Source of the DNA: Lingula anatina
Taxonomy: Eukaryota; Animalia; Brachiopoda
Length of the DNA stretch: 64,000 nt
Assembly (NCBI GenBank): GCA_051362555.1
Contig: CM120647.1
Span: forward strand, 15,228,651-15,292,650
Direction of reading: 5' to 3'
Shown here: piece after piece, positions 1 to 12,730 of the stretch
Numbering within the stretch: the stretch's first letter is position 1
Layout: every line of letters begins with the position of its first letter
Program-made: the position numbers and the translations under genes
Notes under the pieces: generated by a model
The model's database searches: none
What the model was told of the DNA's origin: nothing
The model's input: the letters and a program-made list of their open reading frames with translations, nothing else

Positions 1-66
1 ACTTATTGCTCTTATTTCTTCCATTTCCAAATTTTTTAAATGAAGTCTCTTAGGCTGTGGTGACAT

Positions 67-3000
67 TTACTTGTTCTTTGGAGCAATGATACCCTCAAGT
101 TGTGTCTGAAATGCAAATATAAAGAAAATTATTTTTGCTGCAAATATTACATTTAATGACTTGAATACCCAAATAGATTATCACTAACAAAGTAACAATG
201 ATGGCTCACAATGCTAAGAAAAAACATATGGTTATGTGATATATAATATTGATTTTGACAGTGTAAAATATGACAACATCAAGTTCAGCGTCTAGTGTGT
301 GCGCTAAATGATACTGCCACCGATGCATTTTCACTTGTTAAATAACACTGTGTTAGGAGAGCCTTACAATTGTTACAGATGTACAAAATACTCTTCTGAA
401 GATTTCTTGACAACAAGTTGATTCAATAAATTCATTCAAAATTTATATCACTGGATCTGCATCAATAACTGTGTATTGTGGTAAATCCACGTGTTATCAG
501 CAAAAGCTTTCAATTTGTGAAAAAGAAGCAATGCTAGTGTTGTCGCAGTAAAAATTTCTGTACATCTCGTAAATTAATTTAAGGAAGAATAATTATCATA
601 ATATATCATAGATCTGCAGACTGTCTCTCTCTTACCTTGAGCTGCTGGTTCGTCCTCTTCAGGAACTGAATTTCTTCCGTGTGTTTCTTCTCCTCCACAG
701 CTCTCTGCTCAGCGGCTCTCTTCTCAATCTGCTCGCACTTTGCCTTCAGCTCGTTCACCTGACGCTCCAGGTCACGCTTGTCGTTTTCAAGCTCAGCAAT
801 CTGAAGTAACAGTGAAGATTATGAAAGAGCAAGCTCAGCTAACAAACATTAATTACTTACAATATATATGATATACTGATGTCAGAAAATTGTATATATA
901 TCTGGCCTTTTTTTAAGAGGTGAAAACAAAAGATTACTGATACATGCTATATGATAATTTTACTCGTTCCAGTTAACAATACGATGGAAGGTCAAATATA
1001 TTTCTATATATTGTATACATTTATACATTCATTTCTACATATTGTATACATTTCTGGATTTCTTAGCAATAAGTCCTAAAATTTAGTACTTGTGACTGTG
1101 ACAATACTATGGATTATTGATTTTAATTGAGTGCTTGTGAAATGAGGACATAGTCCATAGTATTGTCATAGTCAAAAGGACTAATCTGAGGACTCTGACC
1201 TTCTTATTTTGCAAGTACAGTACCTGATTGAAATCCAAAATGCAGACTTTATGAAAATGGGTTCAAGCTTGTAAAGAAGAGATATAAAACTCCAAGGCAT
1301 TGCAGTATACTTAAAGTTTTGTTTTCATGGGCTTCATGAAACTTACCTCAGACTGGTTTATGTGGGATACTGAACTCAAATTTAAAAGCATAATGGCGAT
1401 TCACATATAATTGCATATATAATTTTCTAATTTTTTTCTCATAACATACCTTCTTCTCCATGTCAGCCTTGCCCTGTTCTGCCTGCAGAGCTTTGCGCAT
1501 GCCAAATGCCACACTGCTCTCGTACAGAGTCTGGTAGGCTGCGATGGTCATGCGGATCTCGTCCCTGACACGGAGCAACAACAGCCCCCTCTCGGCACAG
1601 TTGATGGTAACTTGCCTGATCAGCTCATCTGAGGAGAACAAATACAAGGATATAAATATAACTGTCATTTCAGAGTCTGAGTGTACTTGACCGTGATAAA
1701 ACTTGTTTTGATGAGACAGGGTTTTACTGTCTTACCAACCAAGGCATCAACTGTAAATTGTAATTCAATTAAAATGTTTCCTTTTAAATTTATTATTTCT
1801 TAGACTTTGTTAGATAAAACACCTTTAATTTATAATGACCATACCACTAATTCTACTGTTCTCTTCAAAATGTATTAATTTCATAAACGTATGCCTGTGT
1901 TTATATTGTCATTTAAAGCATCATAATTTACCAAAAAATTTAAATCTTTACCAAAGCACTGTATGAAAAAAAACCCTCAATATTGTGGTATTGAATATAA
2001 TGCCAGTTTAACTTCCACCATTCATACATTTTAATTTAACTGAATATTATCAAAATCAATATTCATATCATCAGAATGCTCACCAAAGCACTGTGAATAG
2101 AGCTCTCTCCTGACAGGACATATTCCAGTCTCTCTGGCCTGTCTCTGCTGCAGCCTTCTGTCCAGTTCCTCCTGTAGGTTGACCACGTCCAGTCTGGTGG
2201 CCGGAGTGCTGGACACCTGCTGGACCCACAACTGACCATTCTCTGTCCACTCCCTGTGTGTGTATGAGACAAAAGGTCATTTAATATAAAGATGACCACT
2301 GTGGCACATCTATATTTCTGCATGTCTATTTTTGAATGTTTTAAGAATCAAATTGAATCTATACTTTTCAAAAATTATGGTATAAAAAAAAGAAAACCAA
2401 AGACAAATGTGGTGGGATATCTAGCCTCTTTTTTCTTTGAAATATTATAATGTCAAGGTGGAGTTAAACATTTTATTTTGTAAACACTGAACACAAAATT
2501 TTGTTAATTGTATGTAATTAAATCAATTAAACATTGCAGGCAATGCAATCAAGTTAGTTGTCACATTTGAATACTCTAGTTATCCATTCATTCATTTATT
2601 TGTTTATTTACTTATAATTTTTTTTAAATTGTGTGCTTAAAATAAAATTTTAAAACAAAATGTCCCTAGTCACCTTGGTGGAAGGATTGAGTTCAGGATC
2701 TCATCTGTCTGCTGTGCTGCTTTAGCATCAATGGGAGGCACAGCTCCTTTCTTCCCTCCTGGAGGTGAAGGCACTGGACCCTGGTCTGGGGGCTGTGGAG
2801 AACTGACCTTCAGTGCTCTTGCCTACAAAAAATATAAATATGAAAGAATACATATACTGTAAATATATACAAGTAAATATAAACTATACTGAAGAGGATA
2901 AAGAAGGGGACTGGGGCAAAACCACTTTGTAGTAGACTCAATAATGATCCTCTCACTTCCACCCGGGTCTCGAATATTATCCACTCAGCAGAGAAGTTGC

Positions 3001-3354
3001 AGGGAAAATTAGCAAGCGAAGGTATTCCACGCATGATCTATGATTTATTTTCAACAATATGAATATCCTGTTGCAAAACAGGCAATGATTCAAATTTACT
3101 GAGCAAATTATAAAATATAATCGAAAGAGGCGGAGAGGGGGAGTATCATCAGTCTGCAACGTATAAAGTGCTGCGAATAAAACGATGTCTTGCCTAAAAT
3201 TAAAATCTGGAATCTTGCTCGATCTAAAAATTACGACGCAGGGTCTTTGAAGAAAGTATAAAATGCATCTTACCCTTGGGGTTTTCTTGTCTGTATTCCT
3301 GCTTACTAAGACAGGGTTGTCGTATTTAACAAGAGAAGCATTTGGTGGAATCAT
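67..3354 (-). CDS. DNALI1: Axonemal dynein light intermediate chain 1 (p28), 6 coding exons, ~260 aa
   Basis: Exons 3274-3354, 2674-2822, 2084-2253, 1450-1628, 636-800 and 67-105 join in frame through GT-AG introns (783 nt): MIPPNASLVKYDNPVLVS...EILNSILPPREW...WVQQVSSTPATRLDVVNLQEELD...ARETGICPVRRELYSQCFDELIRQVTINCAERGLLLLRVRDEIRMT...QLEGIIAPKNK*, the p28/DNALI1 signature. Confidence 0.97.
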
Positions 3355-3503
3355 GATTGTTGAAAATTGCTTGAAATCTGACAAAATAAGCAAGATATTT
3401 TCCTTCCAGCACCAGGCTTCTTGTAACTATAGAAACATCTCATCTGCGCATGCGTAACCGGAAATCACGTTTTCTCACGCAATTTCTCACAAGAAAAGAC
3501 AAG
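3355..3503. promoter_or_regulatory. Bidirectional promoter shared by DNALI1 and EMC2
   Basis: Only 149 bp separate the divergent ATGs. The gap contains X-box-like GTAACTATAGAAAC (3423-3436), NRF1-like TGCGCATGCG (3445-3454) and ETS CCGGAA (3458-3463); YY1-like AAGATGGC overlaps the EMC2 ATG. Confidence 0.75.
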
Positions 3504-6500
3504 ATGGCTTATTTAATGTCTGTAGCCGGTGAGTATGTATATTTTATCGGATTAACAGTGAAAGCATGAAATGTGTGATGTTGTTTCCTCGAAATTTTCA
3601 CAGATGTGCGAAAGCTTCAGAAATAGTTGCCCAGATTGAATAGTTTGATACGCTATGAAATGTGCTACACTGTAAGAGCGTACGACGACAATCTGTTGAA
3701 AAAAAGAACGACGCTGTGAACAGTGTCAATAATGACTAGTCACCAATCTGTTGTGTGTTGTGTTGAAAATTCTCTTTAGAAGGCAATGTGTGGTTCAGGT
3801 GGTAATTTTCCTAACTTAAAAATGTGACTTGGCAGTCGTTGTTTAAAACTTTTTTAATGAAATTGACAGTGCTCACGTGTAGTCAACGTTTTTAGAATGC
3901 ATGGGCATGTAAAATATATTAATTTAGCATCACAATCATTTTTCAGAAGCAAAGGCATTCTTAAGAAAAGTCAGAGAGGACCAGATACGCTGCAGCAAAA
4001 AGATTGTGGACATATGGGAAGAGGTTCTTGTGAAAAACAGCTTCAGTTTGGGAGAGGAAGGTAATTTTTTCAGAAATAATTTAAACAGGCAATGATTGCT
4101 TTGTTTTAGTTGCCAACCACATAAACATGATGGTCCAATTTTAACACAGATATTTAAATAATGTTTCATCTGAAAGCTTGGGTAATACTACTGTACCCAT
4201 ATGCATTTTTATGAGTAAGTATTCAAACAAGAATAAAAACCTTATAGAGCTACCTTGACTTTTGTATAAATAAAAAGTGTCAGTTTTTAACATATTTTTT
4301 CAGCCCCATTATGTTCTGAGTATCAGAATTAAATCAGTTACTGTATATTGCAACAAAAATGTTACTGAAGCAGTGAGTCAAATTGTGTACAATTTCAGAG
4401 TTTATTGTAAAACTGTCAAACTATTTTGAAGCAAAATGTAAATGCTTTGTTCACTTTCTTGGTGGCACTACTAATCTCTGGCCATGAAAATAGTAAGACA
4501 TTGTCTTGTTCATGAAGGCTCAGAAGCCTGTAGAAATGTTTATACCTGAAGACTTAATTGTTCATTTTTTCTCTCTCTCCAGTGTGGCTAGTATATGAGC
4601 AGGTGTGCCTGGCTGCTTTGGATTGTGCGCAGCTGGATATTGCTGAGGTAATGTCCTAATATCATCTTTATTATTTGTGATGAGAGATGGCAGTGCTTTG
4701 TTATGATAAAGGTGCACAAATTAGAATCTCAAAACTGAAAATTTTCAAAGAAACATGAACTCATTGAAAATCTTGACCAAAATATTATGACCAAACTTAC
4801 TTCCAGTTGAACAATCATGTCACATCTTTCTCTCAAACAATTAAATTCATAGTTCCAAAAGTTTTTGGCATGGTACAAGGAATATTAAGCATATGCTATA
4901 TGAAAATAGAATTTTCCATTTTAGATTATTGACTGCCTTTCAGTAAACAAGCATGCAAATATAACGGTTCAGGTTTCTATCTGAATTCATGCTGTTTATA
5001 TTTTTTCTAAGGGAATAAGGGGATTGCAATTCTGTAACTTTAATTGTTTTTTACTCCAGGGATGCTATCAGGCATTAAAGGCACAGTTTCCAAATAGTTT
5101 GAGAGTGAGGAAGTTAGAAGGAATGATTTTAGAAGCAGAAGAAGAGTAAGTCACAATAACCGTGTGGGTATGATAACTTCAGCCGTCTTCTACTTATGAG
5201 TTTTCAGTCAAATGTCTGACAGCTATTTCATTGTTAAACACCCTTTTTGTGCAGTTTTCACCTTACCGGACACGGTGCATACTGCCAATGGCAAATTTGA
5301 CAGAAGTCACAGATCAGACATGAGCTTTTTCTGCGGAAAAGTGGAATTCAGCATTTTTTAATTCAATTCTGATGGTTCCTGAGATTTGTCAAGGTTAGGT
5401 GGGTTTTTGTCCCATGATAAATGTTGAGAGTTTGTTTGTTTTTTTTTTTTATTTGAAACCTAGGCTCATGTCTGACAGTTGTGCTTCAAAGCATCCTTTA
5501 TAGAACCTTGCTGGATAAGTGACAAAGTTAATAACCTTGGTCTACTGTATGTGATTGGTGCAATAAAGTATAATTACAGTAAATGCCCCTTAAGTTTATG
5601 ATTTTACATGCAGACAAGTTTAAAATGTTGTATAATGAAGCCAGACCTTGTCAACTGTGGGACTGAGTTTCTGATCACGGATAGATTTATTATGATATTA
5701 TTATATATAGATATTTATTATTATAGATTTGCAGATTTAGATTTATTATTTTTACTAATCTATCTTGATTTTAAATGTTTTTAGGTATGATAGAGCAATG
5801 GCAATATATGAAGACATTTTAGAAAAGGATGAAACAAATGCAGTAAGTGTATTTGAGAACATATCAAGCAGAGGTCCATTTCCTGGAAGTGTCTTATGCC
5901 AAAGATAATACAACACATCGTCCTTTTTACAGAAAAAAACTTAAAAGTCAGTTTTTGAGCTGAAATTTAAAATGGATGGATTCGGGTGCTGTAATGCAAA
6001 TTGAAAAAAAAAAAATTTTAAAGTAATGTTTATATTTTTATCTCATGACTGAAATTTCCTATATCATGTTTTATTTCACCAAATGTCATAGTTTAAACCC
6101 TCCTTCCTCTTTCAACCAAATTACAGAATAACAATCACAAGAAATAAAGCACATTTCCATCCTTATGCCCTATATTATCATATTATCCTTGTCTACTGTT
6201 TTACTCAACATTTTTTTCATTGTGTGAACCTCCTTAGCAAAACCTGGAGTCTGCAAGTGCTTGTGAAGTAACATTTTATTTGTTCTTATTTTGCCAGATT
6301 GCCACAAAGAGGATCATAGCAATACTAAAAGCACAGAACAAGATACAAGACGCAGTTGAAAAACTAAACAAATACCTAAAGGAGTGAGTACTATTATAGT
6401 ATAGGTACTGCGTTTTTCTAGATGTGTAAAACTGAACAAATACCTATTGAAAGGAGTGATTATAGTAACTTTGTCTCTCTGTATTCGTTGAGCAGGGATG

Positions 6501-7384
6501 AGATGTCTAAAAATATCATTGGTCCAGGCAGCCCTCTAGACCCCATGCCACATTTCTCAACTTTTCACTAAATGGCTGTGCAAAGACCAGTTTAATTTTT
6601 TTTTTTTTTTTTTTCGTTTTACATACTAACCCATATACAAAATATACAATGCCTACAAAAATATACAAAAGGAATTCTCAATTTCAGGCATAGTTTGGAC
6701 ACGGAGGCATGGCTGGAGCTGTGTGACATGTACCTCCACGAGCTGGACTACAACAAGGCAGCCTTCTGTATAGAAGAGTGCATCCTTAGCAACCCACACA
6801 ACCACTTGTATCATCAGAAACTGGGAGAGGTAAGGATATAGATTTATGATTTATAAAGTTTGATGATTTTAGGACCCCCCCTCCCCCCGTTTTCCCAGAC
6901 AATTATTATAATTCTGTGACTGTGCAGTTTTATTTATTTATTTTGCTAATTTGTTTAAATTAATTGTATTTATTTCAGATAAAATACAGTCAGTGTGAAT
7001 ACCAGGAAGCAAGAAGTTACTTTGCACATGCTGCCAAGCTCAACCCTAATAACATGAGGGCATTGTTTGGGCTACATCTAGTAAGTATATACAGATCACA
7101 TCTAGTGTGATAATATGATAATCAATCATGAAATAAATTCTATAAAAAAAGGTAAAAAAGGACATTTTCAATGTCATAGATTAATGTTTTAAATCTGTTC
7201 TAAACACAATCAACAAACACATTGCCATACAGTGGTTACACCTTTTGGAAATGTTGGGCTGTGTTCCACAAAGCTGTCAGGTTGGGCAACTATTGCCCTG
7301 ACTGCAAATTACTTTGTTAAGAGTGTAACATACAAAACCAGTCCAAAAGTGAACCTGGCTCAAAATTGCTATAATAATGTCATG

Positions 7385-7416
<32 letters not shown>

Positions 7417-8045
7417 TATTTATTTATTTTTTGTGTGTTAAATAATCCGTTTTCCAATAATTCAGTCAGCCACCAACTTAGTCAGCAGTCAAAAAGGCAC
7501 ACAGAAGACGGAGAACGCCAGACATGCGGCATGGGCGGCCAAACAAATAAAGGACAGGTACAAGGTATGTGTGAAGTGCAGAACCTTCATGGTCACTGGC
7601 CTCAGTTGAATTGAGATTGTACTACTAAATACATGCCAAATGGAAGGCTAAGGGATACTGGAGGAGGGGGTGTTTGAAGGCACTTAACAAAGCAGTTATA
7701 CTCTACTTTCACCTGTGTGTTTGTGGACAGATGGACTTTTTCATTATTAAATTTGAAGTCAGTTATTACATTCATCTGGTTGATATAATGTATTCTACTG
7801 TCATTGGGGGTTTTCACTTCCAAAGTTAACAAACTTTTCAATTTGAAATCCAAAAGAAGAATTTTTTGAAAGAGATTTTTCATTCCTGTCTTCATTCTCT
7901 GTCTGTGATGTAAAATTATATTTAAAAAAAATATACTCATGGATTTACTCATTTATTTCAGCAGACACAACTGGACAAGAATCGAAGTGGAGATGTAAAG
8001 ATTGTAGAAGATATGCTAGAGGCATTGAAAATGTCTTCATCATAA
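3504..8045 (+). CDS. EMC2: ER membrane protein complex subunit 2 (TPR protein TTC35), ~10 coding exons
   Basis: Exons at about 3504-3528, 3947-4061, 4583-4647, 5061-5145, 5785-5842, 6298-6383, 6687-6829, 6980-7080, 7466-7564 and 7962-8045. Peptides WLVYEQVCLAALD, QFPNSLRVRKLEGMILEA, DTEAWLELCDMYLHELDYNKAAFCIEECILSNPHNHLYHQ and NPNNMRALFGL are characteristic of EMC2. Confidence 0.93.
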
Positions 8046-8440
8046 ATCAGATACAGCTGGTGGGGAGTCCTGAACCATGAATCACTGAAAACTGGGACAG
8101 TAATTTCTGGAGTCAGTGAAAATATCCTCATTGTACACAGAGAAGGTCATTTCTGGAGTCATTGTCTGTCTTAACATGGAAAGTCATTGTTGGAGTCACT
8201 GCAAATGTCTCTCTTAACATGGACAGTCATTGTTGGAGTCACTGCAAATGTCTGTCTTAACATGGACAGTCATTGTTGGAGTCACTGAAAATTTCTTCAT
8301 ACACAGAGACAGTCATTTCTGGAGTAATGGAAAATATCCTCATCTTACACATGGACAGGCATTGTTGCAGGCATTGAATATGTCTCCATAATAAAACATA
8401 CAGAAAATCACTGAAAAGTGGAGTAACTGAAAATGCTTCC
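8000..8440 (+). repeat. Degenerate ~43-bp minisatellite spanning the EMC2 stop codon and 3' UTR
   Basis: CATGGACAGTCATTGTTGGAGTCACTGCAAATGTCT(G/C)TCTTAA repeats nearly perfectly at ~8176-8290, with diverged copies on both sides. Confidence 0.85.
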
Positions 8441-9545
8441 ATCTTCTTTGGGCTATAATTCTAGCTCTTTTTGTAAATCTGATCCTTGATGACATTTTGT
8501 TTATTAATTCAATACAAGCCAAAATAAAAAATGAAATAGTATAAAAAATAATCCTACTTTAAACCAGGTACAGCCATTTCAAGACTTGACATATATCTGC
8601 TCTGCCTTTGTCCAATATAAGGGTTCAAATCTAACGCAAATGCAGAACAAATTTTACTGAGTAAATGTTATCACACATCTTTGCTCTACACTCTACATTT
8701 TCAATTGAAAATGATAATAAAATGTTGTAAGATAACTACTAAATTCCAGTCTTACATGTATAGCAAGTGTTTATCGCTGAAAGTATTTTGGTCAAGGAAA
8801 TTTTCAATCAAACTGAATCTTTCTAAAAAAGAAATGAAAGAAAGTTTTGAGTATTAGATCAATGAGCTTCTCTTAACTTTAAAAGTTAACAGGCCACCTT
8901 CATTTGAACATCATCATTTGAACGTCAATCACATATATATAATCTGACATTAGTCTGTATCTGAGTGAGATTGGCAGCTTGCTTGTTGTTACACAAGAAT
9001 GACATCTAAACAAAGCGGCCAACAAATTGCTTTCCATTAGTAATAAGAAACTTACTAAGAAACTTGGGGTGGTTGGGGGGAGGGCAGGAAGTTAAGATGC
9101 ATCAACCCTTTTGCCAGAAAAAGGTCTTTTTCGTGTACATTTTGATCAAGATGTGCAAAGGTCCACATTCTCAGAAAAAATAGCCTTCATAACTCTCTCT
9201 GTAGTGTTTACATAAAAAAATTATTAAATACATAATCTTCATGATTCTGGAAGAGTGTGGAGGACTGCGAAGTAGGAAGTTCACATGTTCACTGACAGTG
9301 GCCTCGTTTAAAGTTTAGTGTCCTGATCTCTCTCCATTTTTTTTTTTTTTTTTTTTTTTGAGGGGGGGGGGGGAGCATAAACGCAACACCCAAATATCTG
9401 AATCATTCCAGGAATATTATTACTAAGAAAGTAATTTTTTAACTCCTAACATGCTTGGAAAAATAAATTATATATTTATATAAATACCCCCCTCCCAAAA
9501 CACATGCACGATAAGAACATTTGGTACAGCTTTTCTAGGAAGATG

Positions 9546-9569
9546 TGGGTGGCCCTGAAAAGGGCCTTT
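9546..9569 (-). terminator. Histone mRNA 3' stem-loop (SLBP site) followed by a purine-rich downstream element
   Basis: Minus strand reads AAA-GGCCCTTTTCAGGGCC-ACCCA, the canonical histone stem-loop, about 28 nt after the H1 stop, followed by CTAGAAAAGCTG (HDE-like). Confidence 0.95.
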
Positions 9570-9594
9570 GTTTGATGCGTCAGAAACATCGGGT

Positions 9595-10161
9595 TTACTT
9601 CTTGGCGGCCTTCTTAGGGGTCTTCTTTACTTTAGGCTTAGCTGCTTTCTTCGGGGTCTTCACTTTCTTGACGGTTTTGGGCTTGGCAGTCTTGGCGGCT
9701 TTCTTGGGGGATTTCGCTTTCTTGGGCTTAGCTGCCTTCTTTTCTCCTGCTGGTTTCTTTGCGGCCTTCTTTGGTGTCTTGACTTTCTTTACCTTCTTTG
9801 GCTTTTCCGCCTTGGGCTTTTTAACTGCCTTGGGTTTCTTCACCTTGGGGGCTGCTGGCTTCTTAGCTGCTGCGCCGAGTTTAAAAGAACCGGCTGCTCC
9901 CTTTCCCTTGGTCTGTAGAAGCTTACCATCAGTGACGGCGCTCTTCAGGTACTTCTTGATGAAGGGGGAGACTCTTACCATATCCACCTTGTAGTTACCG
10001 GCTATGTACTTCTTGATGGCTTGGAGAGAAGAGCCCCCACGTTCTTTCAGTGTACCTATGGCAGCGTTGACCATTTCGGCCACTGGCGGGTGGCTGGCTG
10101 GGGCCTTTGGCTTGGCTTTGGTAGCCTTCTTTGCAGGTGCTGATGCAGCGGCGTCGGCCAT
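9595..10161 (-). CDS. H1: Linker histone H1, intronless, 188 aa
   Basis: [12 protein letters not shown]...[30 protein letters not shown]...[15 protein letters not shown] globular domain plus a K/A/P-rich tail with TPKK/SPKK motifs. The real start is the second ATG of the track ORF (10161). Confidence 0.97.
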   Translation of the reverse strand: MADAAASAPAKKATKAKPKAPASHPPVAEMVNAAIGTLKERGGSSLQAIKKYIAGNYKVDMVRVSPFIKKYLKSAVTDGKLLQTKGKGAAGSFKLGAAAKKPAAPKVKKPKAVKKPKAEKPKKVKKVKTPKKAAKKPAGEKKAAKPKKAKSPKKAAKTAKPKTVKKVKTPKKAAKPKVKKTPKKAAKK

Positions 10162-10242
10162 TCTATACTTGCAGGTGAAACGTCGATGACTATCTTCTGT
10201 TAACACTAAACGATTTGTATGATCCAAGGTTAAAAGGCACTT

Positions 10243-10346
10243 CTATTTAAAGCGTCCGCGCGGACCTCTTAGAACACACCACCCATATGCACAGGAAAAT
10301 TCAACATGGAGAACCGCTTTCACTTCATGTGTGTTAGTTTGTGTTC
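10243..10346 (-). promoter_or_regulatory. Histone H1 promoter elements
   Basis: Minus strand shows TTTAAATAG (TATA-like), GGTCCG (H4 site II-like) and AACACA-rich H1-box-like motifs in the expected order upstream of the ATG. Confidence 0.55.
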
Positions 10347-11871
10347 TTTGGATAAAAATTGCTTCAAATTCACTGTGTTATATGGTGAAGTGAATTATGA
10401 GAATTATTCTTAACATAACAAAGATTAATTTGACTACATTTTATAGAGTTTGAAGGCCACCTTCGTATTGAAAAGACAATGTTAATTTCTTAGTTGTGTT
10501 ATTTATTTCAAATATTTGCAGAACTAATGGTATAAAAAGCCCAATTACCAAAAATTATGTTAAAAACATTTATGAAGTCAAACCTTGATATCTTAAGATT
10601 CGTGCTAGACCATTTTTATGTGTTTATATGCACGGTTTCTAATTTTATTCGAATATTTACCAAGACCTAAGAAACACAACCTGATCCATACTATAATCGT
10701 GTTATCTAAATTATATATAGGAAATCTTTGGCTTCTCCCTCACTTTTTGAAAGAAAAACATATTAAACACTTGAAACACATCTCATAGAACCTTTTGCTT
10801 TATAGTAAAATGTCAAAATGAAGGATTTAGTCTCTTTAAAGTGTTTTTTAAAGGCGATACATACAGAAAGAACTTTCCGCCATGTTGGATAATTGAGAGT
10901 CGTGGGTGAAAATCGTTCGTATTTCGTTTGCAATTTTTGGACCAGCGATTTGCTTCTTTCATTGTAAATTTTACACACTGGGCTTCTTAAAACTCTATGT
11001 AAGTGTGCTGAGGTTATATTTTTTTCAAAGGTTCCGCTTTATTTCAACATTGCAAAGCGAAGCAATTCTCACTATCAAAGCCCCGACAGCTATACACAGT
11101 GCACTATATAGCCAGGTCCAGGTATGATATGGATCCTGTCTTCACCTCTGTGGGTTAGAAATATGCTCCCCAAAACGTGAATTTGATAAGGCAAAACTTT
11201 GAGTTTTCATTATAGTTTACTTAGGTCTTCTTTTGACCATTGTAAGTTACGAGAAGCCATATATATTCTGTATATAGGGGCCTACAGTACAGATCGATTA
11301 AAGACTCAAATTAAGCTGGGATGGTATAGGCTATATGAAATCTGCACAGTACATGCTGTAGCGCATGGGCTAGGCGTAGTAAGCGCCCACAGATCGACAT
11401 ATAAATCAAGTGTTACGTTTAGACACTTATTTAAACAATTTTATAGAAATTAAGGGTGTTAAAAATGAGGGGTGTAGCATTTGATCCAAACTTGCTTACA
11501 GCGTACGAGTATAGGTCTATTTGATATCTATAGGTTATACTTATCTGTGAAATGGCGTGTCTGTACATCCGAAAACCCGAAATTTTTAATTTTATTACTT
11601 TAATATTTATCTTTTGCAAAATAAAGCTTTACATATAAATTAATAAATTTTCTTACAGATTCTTAAATAACTGATTCTTTTAAAATGAAACGATGTCATA
11701 CTCCGACAATGATTAAGTATACAAAAAAAACGGGGTCAAAAATAAAATAAAATAAAAGAATTTAATTTAGAATATGAATATGAACGGAAAAAAGTATTTT
11801 TTTTTTTTCACAATATTGTTACGTTTTCAATGTTGATAATTAGTTGTCACTGCTGTTGTCGTGTAAAGTGT

Positions 11872-12039
11872 GCCGGCAGCTGATTTAAGATACATGAATA
11901 CGGGCAGTGTGTGCGTGTCCGTCTCTGGTAACGTGGACACAGAGCTGCCGTCGCTGTGCCGTCCTGGTCGGTGCACATGGCGCGGAATTTCTGCCTGTCG
12001 CGAGTTTTCATGAGTTCCTTCTGCTGCCGCCGCCAAAGT
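11872..12039. ncRNA. Candidate structured RNA or short transcription unit (unidentified)
   Basis: GC-rich island with nested complementary arms (CGGCAGC/GCTGCCG, CATGAA/TTCATG, GGCAG/CTGCC, GTGTCC/GGACAC, TGTGC/GCACA) next to a minus-strand TATAAATA and Inr. No family recognised. Confidence 0.35.
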
Positions 12040-12730
12040 GGTGAATTCCCTTCATCGAGTATATTTATAATTTATTCGGAGTTTGAGTAACCTCTGTGAT
12101 TAATTGAGTTGTAGTTGAGGTGGAACAGACTGAGTGTAGCCTATTTCCACTCTGTTTGCAGAGACAGATCTCAAATTGTACAGTGGGTCTTCCAAATAAA
12201 TAAATAAATAAATAAATAAACAGATTTACGTGTTATGTGATTTGTAATACTGGGGCAAAAAGTCGCATTAGTGGTGCCCAGCGAATAATTAAAAAATAAA
12301 ATTCTCTTCCAGAAGTTCAATAGAAAACCCGCCCAAAAGAACATTACACTTATGAACAGCGATGGGATAATAACTTCACAGTATACACTCCAAAAAAAAA
12401 GTTTTTTTTTTTTTTTTTTTTTTTTTTCTCCAGAAGGAACCCGGAAGAAGAAATGAAAGACCTGCCAGTGAGACAAACAAATTTTAATCCACATAAAATG
12501 TGCACATTTAAAAAGACACTAAAGGGAGTTCATGTAGGTCCCATTTTACGTCTCTATCCAGTATGCCATTTTTTTTAATTGATTTATTTATTAGTCTATA
12601 TTTTACATGCTAGTACTAGTGGACAACCACTCACTTGTGCTCGTACCCTACCTCTTGACTCAAGGAGGGGCTCGTTTTGGGCAACTCTTCTAGATTTGGA
12701 GATCGGTAACAAGCTTGAGAGGAAGCCGAA

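Noticed and set aside
8176-8290. Regular ~43-bp repeats resembling a CRISPR array
   Set aside because: Units are contiguous without unique spacers, the context is a eukaryotic 3' UTR, and there are no cas genes.
9545-9994. Plus-strand ORFs of 149 and 116 aa
   Set aside because: Antisense shadows of the Lys/Ala-rich H1 coding sequence.
10162-10227. 22-aa N-terminal extension of H1 in the ORF track
   Set aside because: The upstream ATG lies too close to the TATA-like element to be in the mRNA, and MADAAA is the typical H1 start.
11872-12200. Telomerase RNA, 7SK, RNase P/MRP or spliceosomal snRNA identity for the structured element
   Set aside because: No CTAACCCT template, paired GATC motif, CR-I/CR-V boxes or recognisable snRNA 5' sequence was found, so it is kept as unidentified.
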